32,000 nt of DNA from Candidatus Saccharimonadota bacterium. GTDB taxonomy: Bacteria > Pseudomonadota > Gammaproteobacteria > Enterobacterales > Enterobacteriaceae. Position numbers and translations under genes: made by a program. The notes beneath the pieces are model-generated. The model did no database searches. It saw nothing but the letters and a program-made list of their open reading frames with translations, and was not told the DNA's origin. The stretch is from positions 510,001 through 542,000 of the forward strand of contig NZ_CP046533.1 in the NCBI RefSeq assembly GCF_014857065.1. Reading direction: 5' to 3'. This document shows positions 9,208 through 20,854 of this stretch, piece after piece (position 1 is the first letter of the stretch; each line of letters starts with the position of its first letter).

Positions 9208-9648
9208 GTGTATTTTCAAGAAATTAAGGAATTTTTGGTTAATCACATTTTATTAAGCATGATCTGGATAGCTTTGTTGGTTTTTGTTTTTTTTTCTTTT
9301 TTCCAAAGTTGGTTATTTAGTTCTTTTATGGTATCTTGTGACAAAGCTATTCAGTTGATTAACAGAGAAGATGCGATAGTTATAGATTTACGTAGTTCTG
9401 ACGATTATCGTAAGGGGCATATTATTCGTAGTGTTAATTTGTCAGCGTTAGATATTCAAAGTGATTATTATCGTACTGTTATAAGGAAGAAGAATATTCC
9501 GTTACTTTTAGTTTGTGACAATGATAAGATTTCTTTTAATTTAGCAAGGTATTTGAATAAAAGGATTGGTTTAAAGAATGTATATGTTCTTCAAAATGGA
9601 ATTTCTCGGTGGTTACATGAACAATTGCCTTTGGTTAAAGGTGAATAA
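9208..9648 (+). CDS. yibN: rhodanese-domain inner-membrane protein YibN
   Basis: GTG start. QEIKEFLVNHILLSMIWIALLVFVF...LINREDAIVIDLRSSDDYRKGHI...LPLVKGE is colinear with E. coli YibN (143 aa). Its position upstream of grxC-secB-gpsA is conserved. Confidence 0.85.
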   Translation: MYFQEIKEFLVNHILLSMIWIALLVFVFFSFFQSWLFSSFMVSCDKAIQLINREDAIVIDLRSSDDYRKGHIIRSVNLSALDIQSDYYRTVIRKKNIPLLLVCDNDKISFNLARYLNKRIGLKNVYVLQNGISRWLHEQLPLVKGE

Positions 9649-9689
9649 TTACGTTGAGTGATTTAAATTAATTAAATAAGTTTAAAGCT

Positions 9690-9938
9690 ATGGTAGACAT
9701 TGAAATATATACTAAAGAGTTTTGTCCTTTTTGCAATAGGGCTAAAGAGTTTTTAATTAGTCAAGGTTTAGAATTTAAAGAAATTTTTATTGATAATGAT
9801 GAGATATATGCCAGTATGTTTAATCGTTGTGGTAGGAAGACTGTTCCTCAGATTTTTTTTAATAAAAAACATATAGGTGGATGGGATGATTTGTATGAAT
9901 TATTCACTTTAAATAAATTGGAACCTTATTTAAAATGA
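9690..9938 (+). CDS. grxC: glutaredoxin 3
   Basis: 82 aa. It has a CPFC dithiol motif (9723..9734) plus RKTVPQIF and IGGWDDL, with size and position as E. coli GrxC (CPYC). Confidence 0.92.
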   Translation: MVDIEIYTKEFCPFCNRAKEFLISQGLEFKEIFIDNDEIYASMFNRCGRKTVPQIFFNKKHIGGWDDLYELFTLNKLEPYLK

Positions 9939-10005
9939 ATGATATTTTAATCTAGTTGTGAAATTATTTTTTTGTTTTAAATAATTTATACATAAGGAAG
10001 GTTTG

Positions 10006-10446
10006 ATGTCAGAGGATGAGCCTGAAATAATTTTTGATATTCAGAGAATATATGTAAAAGATATATCTTTTGAGGTTCCTGTTGCTCCTAAGATTTTTCA
10101 GGAAAAATGGAAACCAAAAATTAAATTAGACTTAAATATTTTTTCTAATCATTTGTTTAAAAATGAATATGAGGTAGTCTTACATGTTACCGTTAGCGCT
10201 ATGATTAACAGCAAGGTTGCTTTTTTATGTGAAGTGAAGCAAGCTGGTATTTTTCTTATTTCAGGTTTATCTAAGTCTAAATTAGAACATTGTCTTGGTT
10301 CTTACTGTCCAGATATTTTATTTCCTTATGCTCGTGAATGCATTAGCAGTCAATGTATTAGGGGTAGTTTTCCACAATTTCATTTGGCTCCAGTAAATTT
10401 TGAGGCTTTGTTTATTAATTATTTACAAAAAAAGACAGTAAAATAA
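10006..10446 (+). CDS. secB: protein-export chaperone SecB
   Basis: IQRIYVKDISFEVP, YEVVLHVTV, AFLCEVKQAGIF and CPDILFPYARECIS...FPQFHLAPVNFEALF match E. coli SecB. The track start TTG 10003 is replaced by the adjacent ATG 10006 (MSED..), with SD AAGGAAGG at 9994..10001. The acidic C-terminal tail of E. coli SecB is replaced here by the short basic tail QKKTVK. Confidence 0.93.
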   Translation: MSEDEPEIIFDIQRIYVKDISFEVPVAPKIFQEKWKPKIKLDLNIFSNHLFKNEYEVVLHVTVSAMINSKVAFLCEVKQAGIFLISGLSKSKLEHCLGSYCPDILFPYARECISSQCIRGSFPQFHLAPVNFEALFINYLQKKTVK

Positions 10447-10468
10447 TAAATGTTTTTAGGATTATTTT

Positions 10469-11467
10469 ATGATATCCTCTATTTCTTCAGTTGTTATCAT
10501 TGGTGCAGGAGCATATGGTACTGCTTTAGGTATTATGTTAGCTAAGAATGGTCATAAAGTTTTTTTATGGGGGCATAATCCTATTCGTATGCGTGCATTA
10601 AAAATTAATCGTTTTCATCATCATTTTGTACCTGATTTGAAATTTCCTAAATTATTATTTGTTGAAGATTCATTGCAAGTGGCTTTATCTGTTGCACGAG
10701 ACATTATTATTGCAGTACCTAGTAATGTTTTTAATAGTGTTTTAATAAAATTAAAACCGCATTTGCGATTTGATTCTCGAATTATTTTGGCAACTAAGGG
10801 ACTAGAATCAAAAACAGGTCGGTTTTTGCAGGATGTTACAAGGGAGATATTAGGTCAAGAAATTCCTTTAGCGATAATTTCAGGACCTACTTTTGCTAAG
10901 GAAATAGCAATGGGATTGCCGACTGCTATAGTTGTAGTTTCTAATAATTCTCTTTTTATAAAAGATTTGGAAAATTTACTAAAATGTAACAACCATTTTA
11001 TGGTTTTTATTCATTCTGATTTTGTCGGCATTCAGCTTACTGGTGTTGTGAAAAATATTGTTGCTATTGCTTCTGGTATTTCTGATGGGGTGGGATTTGG
11101 GGCTAATGCTCGCATTGCTTTGATTACTTGTGGTTTTGCTGAAATGCTTAGTCTTGGATTAGCTATGGGAGGCAAATTGAGTCTTTTTACTGGTATGGCG
11201 GGTCTTGGAGACTTAGTTTTAACTTGTACAGATAATCAATCTCGTAATCGTAGATTTGGTATTTTGTTGGGTCAAGGAGTAGGAGTATCTAATGCTATAA
11301 AAAAGGTTGGTCAAGTTGTTGAGGGTTTTAATAATACTAAGGAAGTGCGTATTTTGTCACATCAATATAATGTAGTTATGCCTATTGTTGAACAAATATA
11401 TCAAATTCTTTATCATGACAAGGATGTACGTGAGGCTGCTTTTTGTCTTATGAAGTTAAGTGTGTAG
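10469..11467 (+). CDS. gpsA: NAD(P)H-dependent glycerol-3-phosphate dehydrogenase
   Basis: VVIIGAGAYGTALG (Rossmann), ATKGLE, ISGPTFAKE, KNIVAIASGISDG, GLGDLVLTCTDNQSRNRRFG and VVEG are colinear with E. coli GpsA. Confidence 0.95.
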   Translation: MISSISSVVIIGAGAYGTALGIMLAKNGHKVFLWGHNPIRMRALKINRFHHHFVPDLKFPKLLFVEDSLQVALSVARDIIIAVPSNVFNSVLIKLKPHLRFDSRIILATKGLESKTGRFLQDVTREILGQEIPLAIISGPTFAKEIAMGLPTAIVVVSNNSLFIKDLENLLKCNNHFMVFIHSDFVGIQLTGVVKNIVAIASGISDGVGFGANARIALITCGFAEMLSLGLAMGGKLSLFTGMAGLGDLVLTCTDNQSRNRRFGILLGQGVGVSNAIKKVGQVVEGFNNTKEVRILSHQYNVVMPIVEQIYQILYHDKDVREAAFCLMKLSV

Positions 11468-11537
11468 ATAGCATTTTGCTACGAAAGATTTAAATTTATT
11501 TTAGATTGAGTGGTCAAATGGAATTAAGGTAATGTGA

Positions 11538-12299
11538 ATGTCTATAGAAATATTAGATTTTGTTTGGGAGAAAATTAAAGATGAGGCGCAATTGTTAGTT
11601 AAGAGTGAACCTTTCTTAGCAAAATTTTTAGATAATTCTTTATTACAACATGACCATTTAGGAGGCGCCTTGAGTTACATTCTTTCTAAGAAATTAGGCG
11701 ATTCTGTTATTCCTGCTATTTCTGTTCGTGAGATTATAGAAGAGGCTTATATTTTGAATCCAAAAATAGTTTGTTATGCTGCAAGAGATATTTCTGTTAT
11801 TCTGCAGCGTGATCCGGTTGTGAATTTATATTCTACTCCATTTTTATATTTTAAGGGTTTTCATGCTTTACAAGCTTATCGTATTAGTCATTGGTTATGG
11901 TATCAAAATCGTTGTGCTTTAGCTATTTATTTTCAAAATAAAATTTCTGTTTCTTTTGGAGTAGATATTCATCCTGCTGCCCGTATTGGGTGTGGTATTA
12001 TGTTAGATCATGCTACAGGTATTGTAATTGGAGAAACGGCTGTCGTAGATGATAACGTATCTATATTACAATCTGTTACTTTAGGAGGAACTGGTAAAGA
12101 AAAAGTTGGTTTTGATCGTCATCCTAAAATAGAAAAAGAAGTAATGATTGGTGCAGGAGCTATTCTACTCGGGAATATTAAAATAGGATATGGTGCTAAA
12201 ATTGGAGCTGGTTCTGTGGTATTGCATTCGGTACCGTCACGAGTTACAGTTGCTGGTGTTGTAGCTAAAATAGTAAGTGGTTTTGATGATATTAAATAA
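11538..12299 (+). CDS. cysE: serine O-acetyltransferase (about 20 aa shorter at the C-terminus than E. coli CysE)
   Basis: RDPVVNLYSTPFLYFKGFHALQAYRISHWLW, DIHPAARIG.GIMLDHATGIVIGETAVV..DVSILQSVTLGGTGK and the hexapeptide repeats match E. coli CysE. The protein ends ...AKIVSGFDDIK. Confidence 0.94.
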   Translation: MSIEILDFVWEKIKDEAQLLVKSEPFLAKFLDNSLLQHDHLGGALSYILSKKLGDSVIPAISVREIIEEAYILNPKIVCYAARDISVILQRDPVVNLYSTPFLYFKGFHALQAYRISHWLWYQNRCALAIYFQNKISVSFGVDIHPAARIGCGIMLDHATGIVIGETAVVDDNVSILQSVTLGGTGKEKVGFDRHPKIEKEVMIGAGAILLGNIKIGYGAKIGAGSVVLHSVPSRVTVAGVVAKIVSGFDDIK

Positions 12300-12803
12300 T
12301 TGATGAAGATTTATTTTATTTATATGTTTTGTTTTTAGATTTTAATTTTTTAAAATACTGAATTTTGTTTACTTATGAAGTATTATTTTATTGTTAAGAT
12401 TTATGACGGGTGTGTATTTTATAATTTTTTGATTTTGTGAATTAGTTTTGTTTTGGTAAATTGTGTGTGTAATTGATTTATATGCTGCATATATAAGTGT
12501 TATTTATAATGTTTAAATTAATTATTGTTTTGAATTATTTAGTATTTTATGATCAGTGTAACTGAAGATTTATTATATTTAATTTTGGTATAAATTTATT
12601 TATTGATTATTTTATAGAATATAGTATTTAAATTATTATTAATTATAAATGTATTTAGATGATATTTTCAATTTGTTTTATTTATATATAAACATGAGAT
12701 GATAATAAAATAATTATGGTATTAAAAATCTCAATATTTAAATTTTACATTTTAAATAGAATCAGTGTTATTGTTAAATAATGTTCTAATGCTTGAGGTA
12801 ATA

Positions 12804-13766
12804 ATGATAAAAAGAGTTGGTGTTTTAACAAGCGGAGGTGATTCGCCTGGTATGAATGCTGCTATTAGAGGTGTTGTACGGACAGGCATTTCTGAGGGTT
12901 TAGAAATTTATGGAATAAATGATGGTTATTTAGGCTTATTTCAAAATAGATTGATAAAGTTAAATCGTTGTAGCGTTTCTGATGTAATAAATCGTGGTGG
13001 TACTTTTTTGGGTTCCGCACGTTTCCCGGAATTTAGTGAAAATTATATTATTTCTATTGTTATTGATAATATGAATAGACATAATATTCATGCTTTAGTT
13101 GTAATTGGTGGTGATGGTTCTTATATGGGGGCTAAAAAATTAACTGAAATAGGATTTCCTTGTATATGTTTACCAGGAACTATAGATAATGATGTTGCAG
13201 GTACTGATTATGCTATTGGATATTTTACAGCATTAGAAACCATTGTTGAAGCTATTGATCGTCTTAGAGACACCTCTTCCTCTCATCAGAGGATTTCTAT
13301 TGTTGAGGTGATGGGGCGTTGTTGTGGTGATTTAACTATGGCTGCTGCTATAGCTGGTGGTTGTGAGTTTGTTGTTTTGCCTGAAGTGGAATTTAAACCT
13401 AAAGATTTAGTATGTGAAATTAAAACTGGTATTTCTAAAGGTAAAAAACATGCGATAGTTGTTATTACTGAACGTATATGTAATATTTTCGATTTAGCCA
13501 AATATATTGAAAAAAAAACTGGAAAAGAAACACGTGCTACTGTTTTGGGTCATATTCAACGTGGTGGTAGTCCTGTCGCTTATGATCGTATTTTGGCATC
13601 TCGCATGGGGGCTTATTCTATTGAGTTATTGTTACAAGGATATAGTGGAAGATGTATTGGAGTACAAAATGATAGATTAGTACATCATGATATAATTGAT
13701 GCAATTGATAATATGAAACGTCCACTTCAAAAAGGAATGTTAGAAATGGCAAAAAAATTGTTTTAA
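12804..13766 (+). CDS. pfkA: ATP-dependent 6-phosphofructokinase
   Basis: From ATG 12804 the protein is [25 protein letters not shown]..., 320 aa, the same as E. coli PfkA. SD GAGG lies at 12795..12798. The track start at 12765 adds 13 unsupported residues. [16 protein letters not shown] and LGHIQRGG are conserved. Confidence 0.96.
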   Translation: MIKRVGVLTSGGDSPGMNAAIRGVVRTGISEGLEIYGINDGYLGLFQNRLIKLNRCSVSDVINRGGTFLGSARFPEFSENYIISIVIDNMNRHNIHALVVIGGDGSYMGAKKLTEIGFPCICLPGTIDNDVAGTDYAIGYFTALETIVEAIDRLRDTSSSHQRISIVEVMGRCCGDLTMAAAIAGGCEFVVLPEVEFKPKDLVCEIKTGISKGKKHAIVVITERICNIFDLAKYIEKKTGKETRATVLGHIQRGGSPVAYDRILASRMGAYSIELLLQGYSGRCIGVQNDRLVHHDIIDAIDNMKRPLQKGMLEMAKKLF

Positions 13767-13829
13767 CTATCCTAATTAAATTTTGTATTTGGAGTATTAT
13801 TCTAGTTATGGTCAAATTTTAACATATTA

Positions 13830-14603
13830 CTAATTTTTCGAAAATTTTATTTTGTTTGCGATTTTAATTATTTTTGAAAATGTAATTGAATTTAAAGAAG
13901 CATTTCCAACTAGTAGTCCATCAATATCTGGTTGATTAAGTAGGTTGTGGGCATTGTCTATATTTACAGAACCTCCATATAGGAGGTGTGTTTTTTCTGC
14001 TATATTTTTATCATAGTCAGCTATATAATTTCGAATGGATTTATGAATTTTTTGTACATAACATGGATTAGCTGATGTTCCTGATCCAATGGCCCAAGCT
14101 GGTTCATAAGCTATTATTGAATTTTTCAGTGTTTTTATGCTTAAGGTGTTTATTATAATTTCAAGTTGTTGAATACATATGTTTTTTGTTTGATTTTTTA
14201 TGTTTTCTTCTTTATTTTCACCTATGCATAAGATAGGAGTAAGTTTGAATTTTTTAGAAATAACAATTTTTTTAATAATATCTGTGATATTTTCTTTATG
14301 ATATATTCGTCTTTCAGAATGTCCTATTATTATAAAGGACACACCTATATCTTTCAACATTTCTGCAGAAATTTCTCCTGTGAAAGCTCCTGATAAATGT
14401 ATATCGATATTTTGTGCAGCTAGTTTGATATTGCTGTTTTTCAAATGTTGTTTGGCGGTATCTAAATATATCGTGGGCGGTGCAATAACAATGTTGCATT
14501 GATAATCATAGCTTAAATCGCTGCATAATTCTTGAATGAAATTAATTAGCATAATTTTATTACCATTTAATTTCCAATTACTTATTATAAATGGGTGACG
14601 CAT
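13830..14603 (-). CDS. tpiA: triosephosphate isomerase
   Basis: MRHPFIISNWKLNG, AQNIDIHLSGAFTGEISAEMLKDIG, IIGHSERR, LCIGE, AYEPAWAIGSG, YGGSV and DIDGLLVGNASL match E. coli TpiA. Confidence 0.96.
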   Translation of the reverse strand: MRHPFIISNWKLNGNKIMLINFIQELCSDLSYDYQCNIVIAPPTIYLDTAKQHLKNSNIKLAAQNIDIHLSGAFTGEISAEMLKDIGVSFIIIGHSERRIYHKENITDIIKKIVISKKFKLTPILCIGENKEENIKNQTKNICIQQLEIIINTLSIKTLKNSIIAYEPAWAIGSGTSANPCYVQKIHKSIRNYIADYDKNIAEKTHLLYGGSVNIDNAHNLLNQPDIDGLLVGNASLNSITFSKIIKIANKIKFSKN

Positions 14604-15000
14604 TTTTATTTCTCCGTTTTGTTGTATTTATAAAATACTTGAATTTACATTATATAAATGTCAATATCATGTTCAGTTTTATGTTTGTATAGTAATTGTG
14701 TTTATTCATCTTTATTTTATTTCAGATTGTAAGCAGTATATGTGTATTTGATTGTTTGCATTACTATATTAGTTTATTTTATTAGCAAATAGGTATAATA
14801 AATTTATTTGGAAATTTTAGTTATTTAAATTACAGGATGATTATTTGTATTTTACGTAGCAGTTGTTTAAAATATTCAATAAGGATTTGTTGTTTATTTT
14901 GTTTTAAGTATTTAGGTATAAAAATTTTATCTTTGTTTTATATAGTGTATCAGATGAAAATTATTTGTAAAATGTTAATGTTTTCGTAAATAAACAATGT

Positions 15001-15747
15001 TCACCAATATTGTTCTTTAGTTATTTGTCCTGGTTGATTTTTTAAATTATTTTTCATACCTCGTGTTTTTTGAAGCAATTCTTGAACTTCACGTATCATG
15101 TTAGGATTGCCGCATAACATTACATGACTCTCTCGAGCATTTAATTCAAATCCTACATATTTTTCTAATAATCCGCTTTTAATAAGATTAGGTAAACGTC
15201 CAGTAAGTGAATGTTTAATTATTTCTCTACTAAAAATCATTTGTATTTTTATTTTTTCTTTATAATGTTTTTTAATTTTTCTTATTAGCGGTAGATAATT
15301 GATATTGTCAAAGGAGCGTACTGCATGCACTAATATTATATTTGTAAAACGTTGCAACCCTTTCTTAAATTCGAGCATAGACAGATATGGCCCAATTCCT
15401 GTACCAGTTGCTAACATCCACAGAGTGTTACAATTTGGAATGTTTTCTAATATAAAATTACCATACGCTTCCTTAGAAATCATAATATTGTCTCCGGGAC
15501 ATAACATAAATAAGGATGGGCTTAATTTGCCATTTTCAATATTGACTAAATAAAATTCCAGGTTTAGATTATTAGGTGCATTCACGTATGAATAGGCTCT
15601 TTGAATGCGTTTATTATTTATTTTTAATCCTAGTTTAGCGAATTGGCCAGGAATAAATGTGTTAATTGGTGCATTAATTATTAAAGTAAATAAATTTTTC
15701 GTCCAGTGATTTACTTTTATTATCTGTCCAGATATCCATGTTGTCAT
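15001..15747 (-). CDS. fpr: ferredoxin/flavodoxin-NADP+ reductase
   Basis: 248 aa, the same length as E. coli Fpr. RAYSYVNAP..LEFYLV, GKLSP, LWMLATGTGIGPYLSML, HVMLCGNPNM and the C-terminal EQYW are conserved. Confidence 0.94.
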   Translation of the reverse strand: MTTWISGQIIKVNHWTKNLFTLIINAPINTFIPGQFAKLGLKINNKRIQRAYSYVNAPNNLNLEFYLVNIENGKLSPSLFMLCPGDNIMISKEAYGNFILENIPNCNTLWMLATGTGIGPYLSMLEFKKGLQRFTNIILVHAVRSFDNINYLPLIRKIKKHYKEKIKIQMIFSREIIKHSLTGRLPNLIKSGLLEKYVGFELNARESHVMLCGNPNMIREVQELLQKTRGMKNNLKNQPGQITKEQYW

Positions 15748-16488
15748 ATTTTGTTTTGTTAAAAATTGGCGTTATTTATTGAGATTTATTTTATTTTGTT
15801 ATTAAATTTTAGTTTAATTAATTTATTGTTGTAATCACTTATTATTATAATGAAATTCCTTTATAATTTCACCATAAACTATAATAAGTTGTAAATATTA
15901 TTTTGTTAAAGATTTATTTATTTTGGACATATGATAATTTATGTACTTTCTTGTATGCTGATGCTTATTTGATACGTTATTATAGGATTTCTTGAATTTA
16001 ATTTATGTGATTCAGAATTAGTGATTTTTATTTTGTGCATTTATATAAGTTAAATATTTTGTTTTACTTGTTATAGATTTATTTTCAGGTATTAAAGGTT
16101 TTAGTGTATTTAATTTTAATGTTTTGCTTGTCTTATATTATGGTGTACTAAAAATTGATGTATAATGTGAAATAATGTCTGTCTTTTGATTTGTTTTTTT
16201 TTTGGATATTTTATTACTGGTTATTTATGTTTTTATTTTATGAGTTTTTTGTTTTATCGATATAAGACGTTATTGAATAATACGAATGGTTACCGGTTTT
16301 TTTAAATTGTTACGTGTTTATTTTGATAGTTATTAATAATTACTATGCTATAGATAGGGAAGATTTTTATTTTGCTTTTAATTGGAGTTACTTATTTGGT
16401 ATTACTTTACGTCAGTAAAGTTATCATTTATAATTTAAGTTATTTTGATGCTTGTGGATAATTTTTTTGTTTGCTAGTAGGTGTTTAT

Positions 16489-16698
16489 ATGAAGAAAAGT
16501 ATTCATCCTGAGTATAGGGAAATTAGTGCGTTTTGTTCTTGTGGTAATACCATTGTTATTCAATCTACTTTAAGTCACGATATTAATTTAGATGTATGTA
16601 ATATGTGTCATTCATTTTACACAGGAACGCAGCGTATTGCGGATAATCGAGGTAGAGTTAGTGACTTTAATAAACGTTTTGGTATTTTAATACAGTAA
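16489..16698 (+). CDS. rpmE: 50S ribosomal protein L31 (Cys-containing, zinc-binding type)
   Basis: From ATG 16489 the protein is [20 protein letters not shown]...[13 protein letters not shown]...[10 protein letters not shown], matching E. coli L31. SD AGGTG lies at 16479..16483. The track start TTG 16471 adds 6 unsupported residues. Confidence 0.95.
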   Translation: MKKSIHPEYREISAFCSCGNTIVIQSTLSHDINLDVCNMCHSFYTGTQRIADNRGRVSDFNKRFGILIQ

Positions 16699-16890
16699 TA
16701 CTAAAAATTTATAATTTTGTATGTATTGCTTGGTTTGTTTTGGATACATGTTTGTAGGTGTGTTTTGCATTATAAATAATATTCGAAGTGATTTTGTTGA
16801 CTAGTTTGTTTGTATATTTGTTAGTAATTGTCGATGTGAGTATGAATATGTTAATATAGTGTAATATCCATTTTTAGTTTAGGTATTGAG

Positions 16891-18057
16891 ATGGCTTTTA
16901 GGCAGGCAACTATAGCAGTTCGAAGCGGTTTAAATAATGATGAACAATATGGCTGTGTTGTATCTCCTATTACTCTTTCAACTACTTATAATTTTTATGA
17001 CTTAAATATACCCAGATTATATGATTATTCAAGACGTAGAAACCCTACACGTGATGTGGTACAAAAAACTTTAGCAGACCTTGAATGTGGTGTCGGGGCA
17101 ATTATAACTAGTAGTGGAATGTCTGCCATTCATTTATTATGTACTGTCTTTCTTACGCCAGGAGATCTCGTAATAGCCCCTCATGATTGTTATGGGGGTA
17201 GTTATCGTTTGTTGAGTAGTTTAAGCGAAAGAAAGTTTTGTCGCGTCCAATTCGTGAATCAAACTGATAAAAATGCTTTAACAACAGCATTATCTGCTCA
17301 TCCTAAACTGATTTTTATTGAAACGCCAAGTAATCCTTTATTAAGAGTAGCAGATATTTTAGACATTTGTAGTATTGCGCATGAGGCAAAATCAATTTGT
17401 GTTGTGGATAATACTATTATGAGTCCAGTTTTACAACAGCCATTGTTATTGGGCGCTGATCTAGTTGTGCATTCTTGCACTAAATATCTGAATGGACATT
17501 CAGATGTAGTGGCAGGAGCAATTGTTGCTAAAGATGTTGATTTAGTTGAGAAAATTTTGTGGTGGGGTAATACTTTAGGTGTAACAGGAGGAGCTTTTGA
17601 TAGCTATCAATTGTTACGAGGAATACGCACTTTATTTCCGCGTATTAATCAACAGCAAAGTAATGCACAAAGTATTTTAACTTTTTTACAAAATAAAAAA
17701 AATAATCTCCAAATAAGGAATATATTTTATCCTGGTTTAACTACTAATTTAGGTTATAGTATTGCTTGTAAGCAGCAAAAAGGATTCGGTGCTATGTTAA
17801 GTTTTGAACTTAATGGGGATAAGGTAATGTTGCGTCAATTTTTATCTTCATTAAAGCTTTTTACTTTAGCTGAATCTTTCGGTGGTGTAGAGAGCTTAAT
17901 TTCTCATCCTGCAACTATGACTCATGCCTGTATATCAGAAGAAGCTCGTAATTATGCTGGCATTAGTGATATGTTGTTACGTTTGTCTGTAGGTATTGAG
18001 GATAGTGAAGATTTAATAGATGATTTAGACAGGGCATTTCGTGAAATTAATTATTAA
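16891..18057 (+). CDS. metB: cystathionine gamma-synthase (O-succinylhomoserine (thiol)-lyase)
   Basis: QATIAVRSGLNNDEQYGCVV, YSRRRNPTRD, PHDCYGGSYRL, SPSNPLLRV, HSCTKYLNGHSDVVAG (PLP lysine), FTLAESFGGVESLISHPATMTHA and LRLSVGIED are colinear with E. coli MetB (386 aa). Confidence 0.96.
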   Translation: MAFRQATIAVRSGLNNDEQYGCVVSPITLSTTYNFYDLNIPRLYDYSRRRNPTRDVVQKTLADLECGVGAIITSSGMSAIHLLCTVFLTPGDLVIAPHDCYGGSYRLLSSLSERKFCRVQFVNQTDKNALTTALSAHPKLIFIETPSNPLLRVADILDICSIAHEAKSICVVDNTIMSPVLQQPLLLGADLVVHSCTKYLNGHSDVVAGAIVAKDVDLVEKILWWGNTLGVTGGAFDSYQLLRGIRTLFPRINQQQSNAQSILTFLQNKKNNLQIRNIFYPGLTTNLGYSIACKQQKGFGAMLSFELNGDKVMLRQFLSSLKLFTLAESFGGVESLISHPATMTHACISEEARNYAGISDMLLRLSVGIEDSEDLIDDLDRAFREINY

Positions 18058-18208
18058 ATAATTGATCCTATGTTAGGATATTGTATTAAATATAAGTTAA
18101 TTTATATTTGGGTCTTATTTTGAATTTTTATAAATTACAGAATAGGTTTTGGGCGTTTGAAATTTATATCATTAAATAGCATTCATTATAATTAGGTAAT
18201 TAAATATT

Positions 18209-18248
18209 TATTCTTTATTATTTAAATTGTTTTAAATAATAAAGAATA
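18209..18248. repeat. perfect 18-bp inverted repeat with a 4-nt loop (all A/T), in the metB-metF spacer
   Basis: 18209..18226 (TATTCTTTATTATTTAAA) is the exact reverse complement of 18231..18248, with loop TTGT. Checked by hand; the first mismatch is at 18208/18249. Confidence 0.8.
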
Positions 18249-18493
18249 TCAATTGTTTAATCTTATTATTTTATAAAAAATAATTAGTTTTGTTAAATGT
18301 TTATTGAATATTTTATTATTTATTATATGTATGATTTTATATTTTATAGTTAAATAATTATTTATTAAAATATTGTTATTTTAGTATCCAAATAAGTTAA
18401 CTTAAATTTATCTATATTTTTATAATTGTCATTTTATGATTCAGATTAAAATTTTAAAATAAATGACGATTATATAATTTATTATCAAGATAA

Positions 18494-19456
<963 letters not shown>

Positions 19457-19712
19457 TATAATAATAGTGATACTTCGGATTTAAATATTTTGTTTAACTA
19501 TTTTTAGTGATTACGTGAGATTCGGATGTTAATTTTTTTCTAGATTATAAATATTATTATTATGTTTGTTTACATTTACAATGTATCGAATCTATAATGA
19601 AGTTAGATTTATGTTAAGTAAATATTAGACAATCTAAAACATTTAATAGATGATTTTTAAAAAGTATTGGGGCATTTAATATCTTCTTTGTAAGCTTTTA
19701 AGTGTTAATAAC

Positions 19713-20546
19713 TTGGAGATTAACGAGACTTGTAGTTTTTTGGTCAGACAACCTACTATATTAATAATAGATTCAGGCATAGGTGGTTTGTCGATTTATT
19801 CAGAAATTAAACAGCTATTGCCATACGCGCGTTATTTATATTTTTTTGATAATAGAGGCTTTCCTTATGGAGAAAAGTCAGAGCAGTTTATTACAGATAG
19901 AATTATTAGTATTGTAAAGGCTATATTAAAAAATCATGTTTTAGAATTAATTATTCTTGCATGTAATACTGCTACTATTATCACATTGTCATTATTACGT
20001 AAGATGTTTTTCTGTAGTATTATTGGAGTTGTTCCTGCGATAAAATTAGCAGTTCAATTAACTAATAGTGGTCTTATTGGATTGTTAGCTACCCAGCTTA
20101 CTGTTAGACATCAATATGTTTTAAAATTAATTAATAAATATGCTTGTGGTTGTAATTTTTTATTTTTAGGTTCTTCTAAATTAGTAAAGATAGCTGAAGA
20201 TAAGAAGTATGGTAAAATGGTAAAATCGTCTGTTTTACGTGAAATTTTATCTCCTTGGTTGAAATTATTTCAATTACCGGATACAATAATATTGGGTTGT
20301 ACGCATTTTGTTTTTCTAAAATATGAATTGAAGAAATTATTTCCAGAAGGAACACAGTTGGTTGATTCGTCTAAAAGTATTGTTGGTTGTGTTGCTCAGT
20401 TGATGAGCAATTATATTAATGTTGGACATTTTGAAGTTATGAGAAAAAATGTGATTTATTTTTCTCTCATGACAGATAGAGTACGGGATTTTATGCCATT
20501 TTTGTTTAGTTATGGTTTTTGTTATTTAAGGATTATTTCAATATAA
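19713..20546 (+). CDS. murI: glutamate racemase
   Basis: TTG start. IIDSGIGGLSIYSEI, FDNRGFPYGEKS, both catalytic Cys motifs (LACNTAT and LGCTHF), GVVPAIK and GLLAT match E. coli MurI. Confidence 0.9.
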   Translation: MEINETCSFLVRQPTILIIDSGIGGLSIYSEIKQLLPYARYLYFFDNRGFPYGEKSEQFITDRIISIVKAILKNHVLELIILACNTATIITLSLLRKMFFCSIIGVVPAIKLAVQLTNSGLIGLLATQLTVRHQYVLKLINKYACGCNFLFLGSSKLVKIAEDKKYGKMVKSSVLREILSPWLKLFQLPDTIILGCTHFVFLKYELKKLFPEGTQLVDSSKSIVGCVAQLMSNYINVGHFEVMRKNVIYFSLMTDRVRDFMPFLFSYGFCYLRIISI

Positions 20547-20854
20547 TTAAAGTATCTTTATATACTGAAGTAGAGTATTTTATGTCGTCCAAATTGTATT
20601 TACGATTTAAATCGCTGTAGTGTTAATTAATAGAGTTTAATGGTTATATATCTTGATTGTATGTTGTATTTATTATATTGTTTGTTTTGTTTTATTATAC
20701 TGTAATGTTGTTGTTCTTTAGAAAAATTTGGTTGGTTATTTCTGACATGAATAGTTTATTCATATAATAAATTTTAATGTTCTAGTTATGTATGTTATAT
20801 GTATGTATATAAATTTTTATATGTAATAAATTTAGGTAAATTTTGTTGCTTTAT

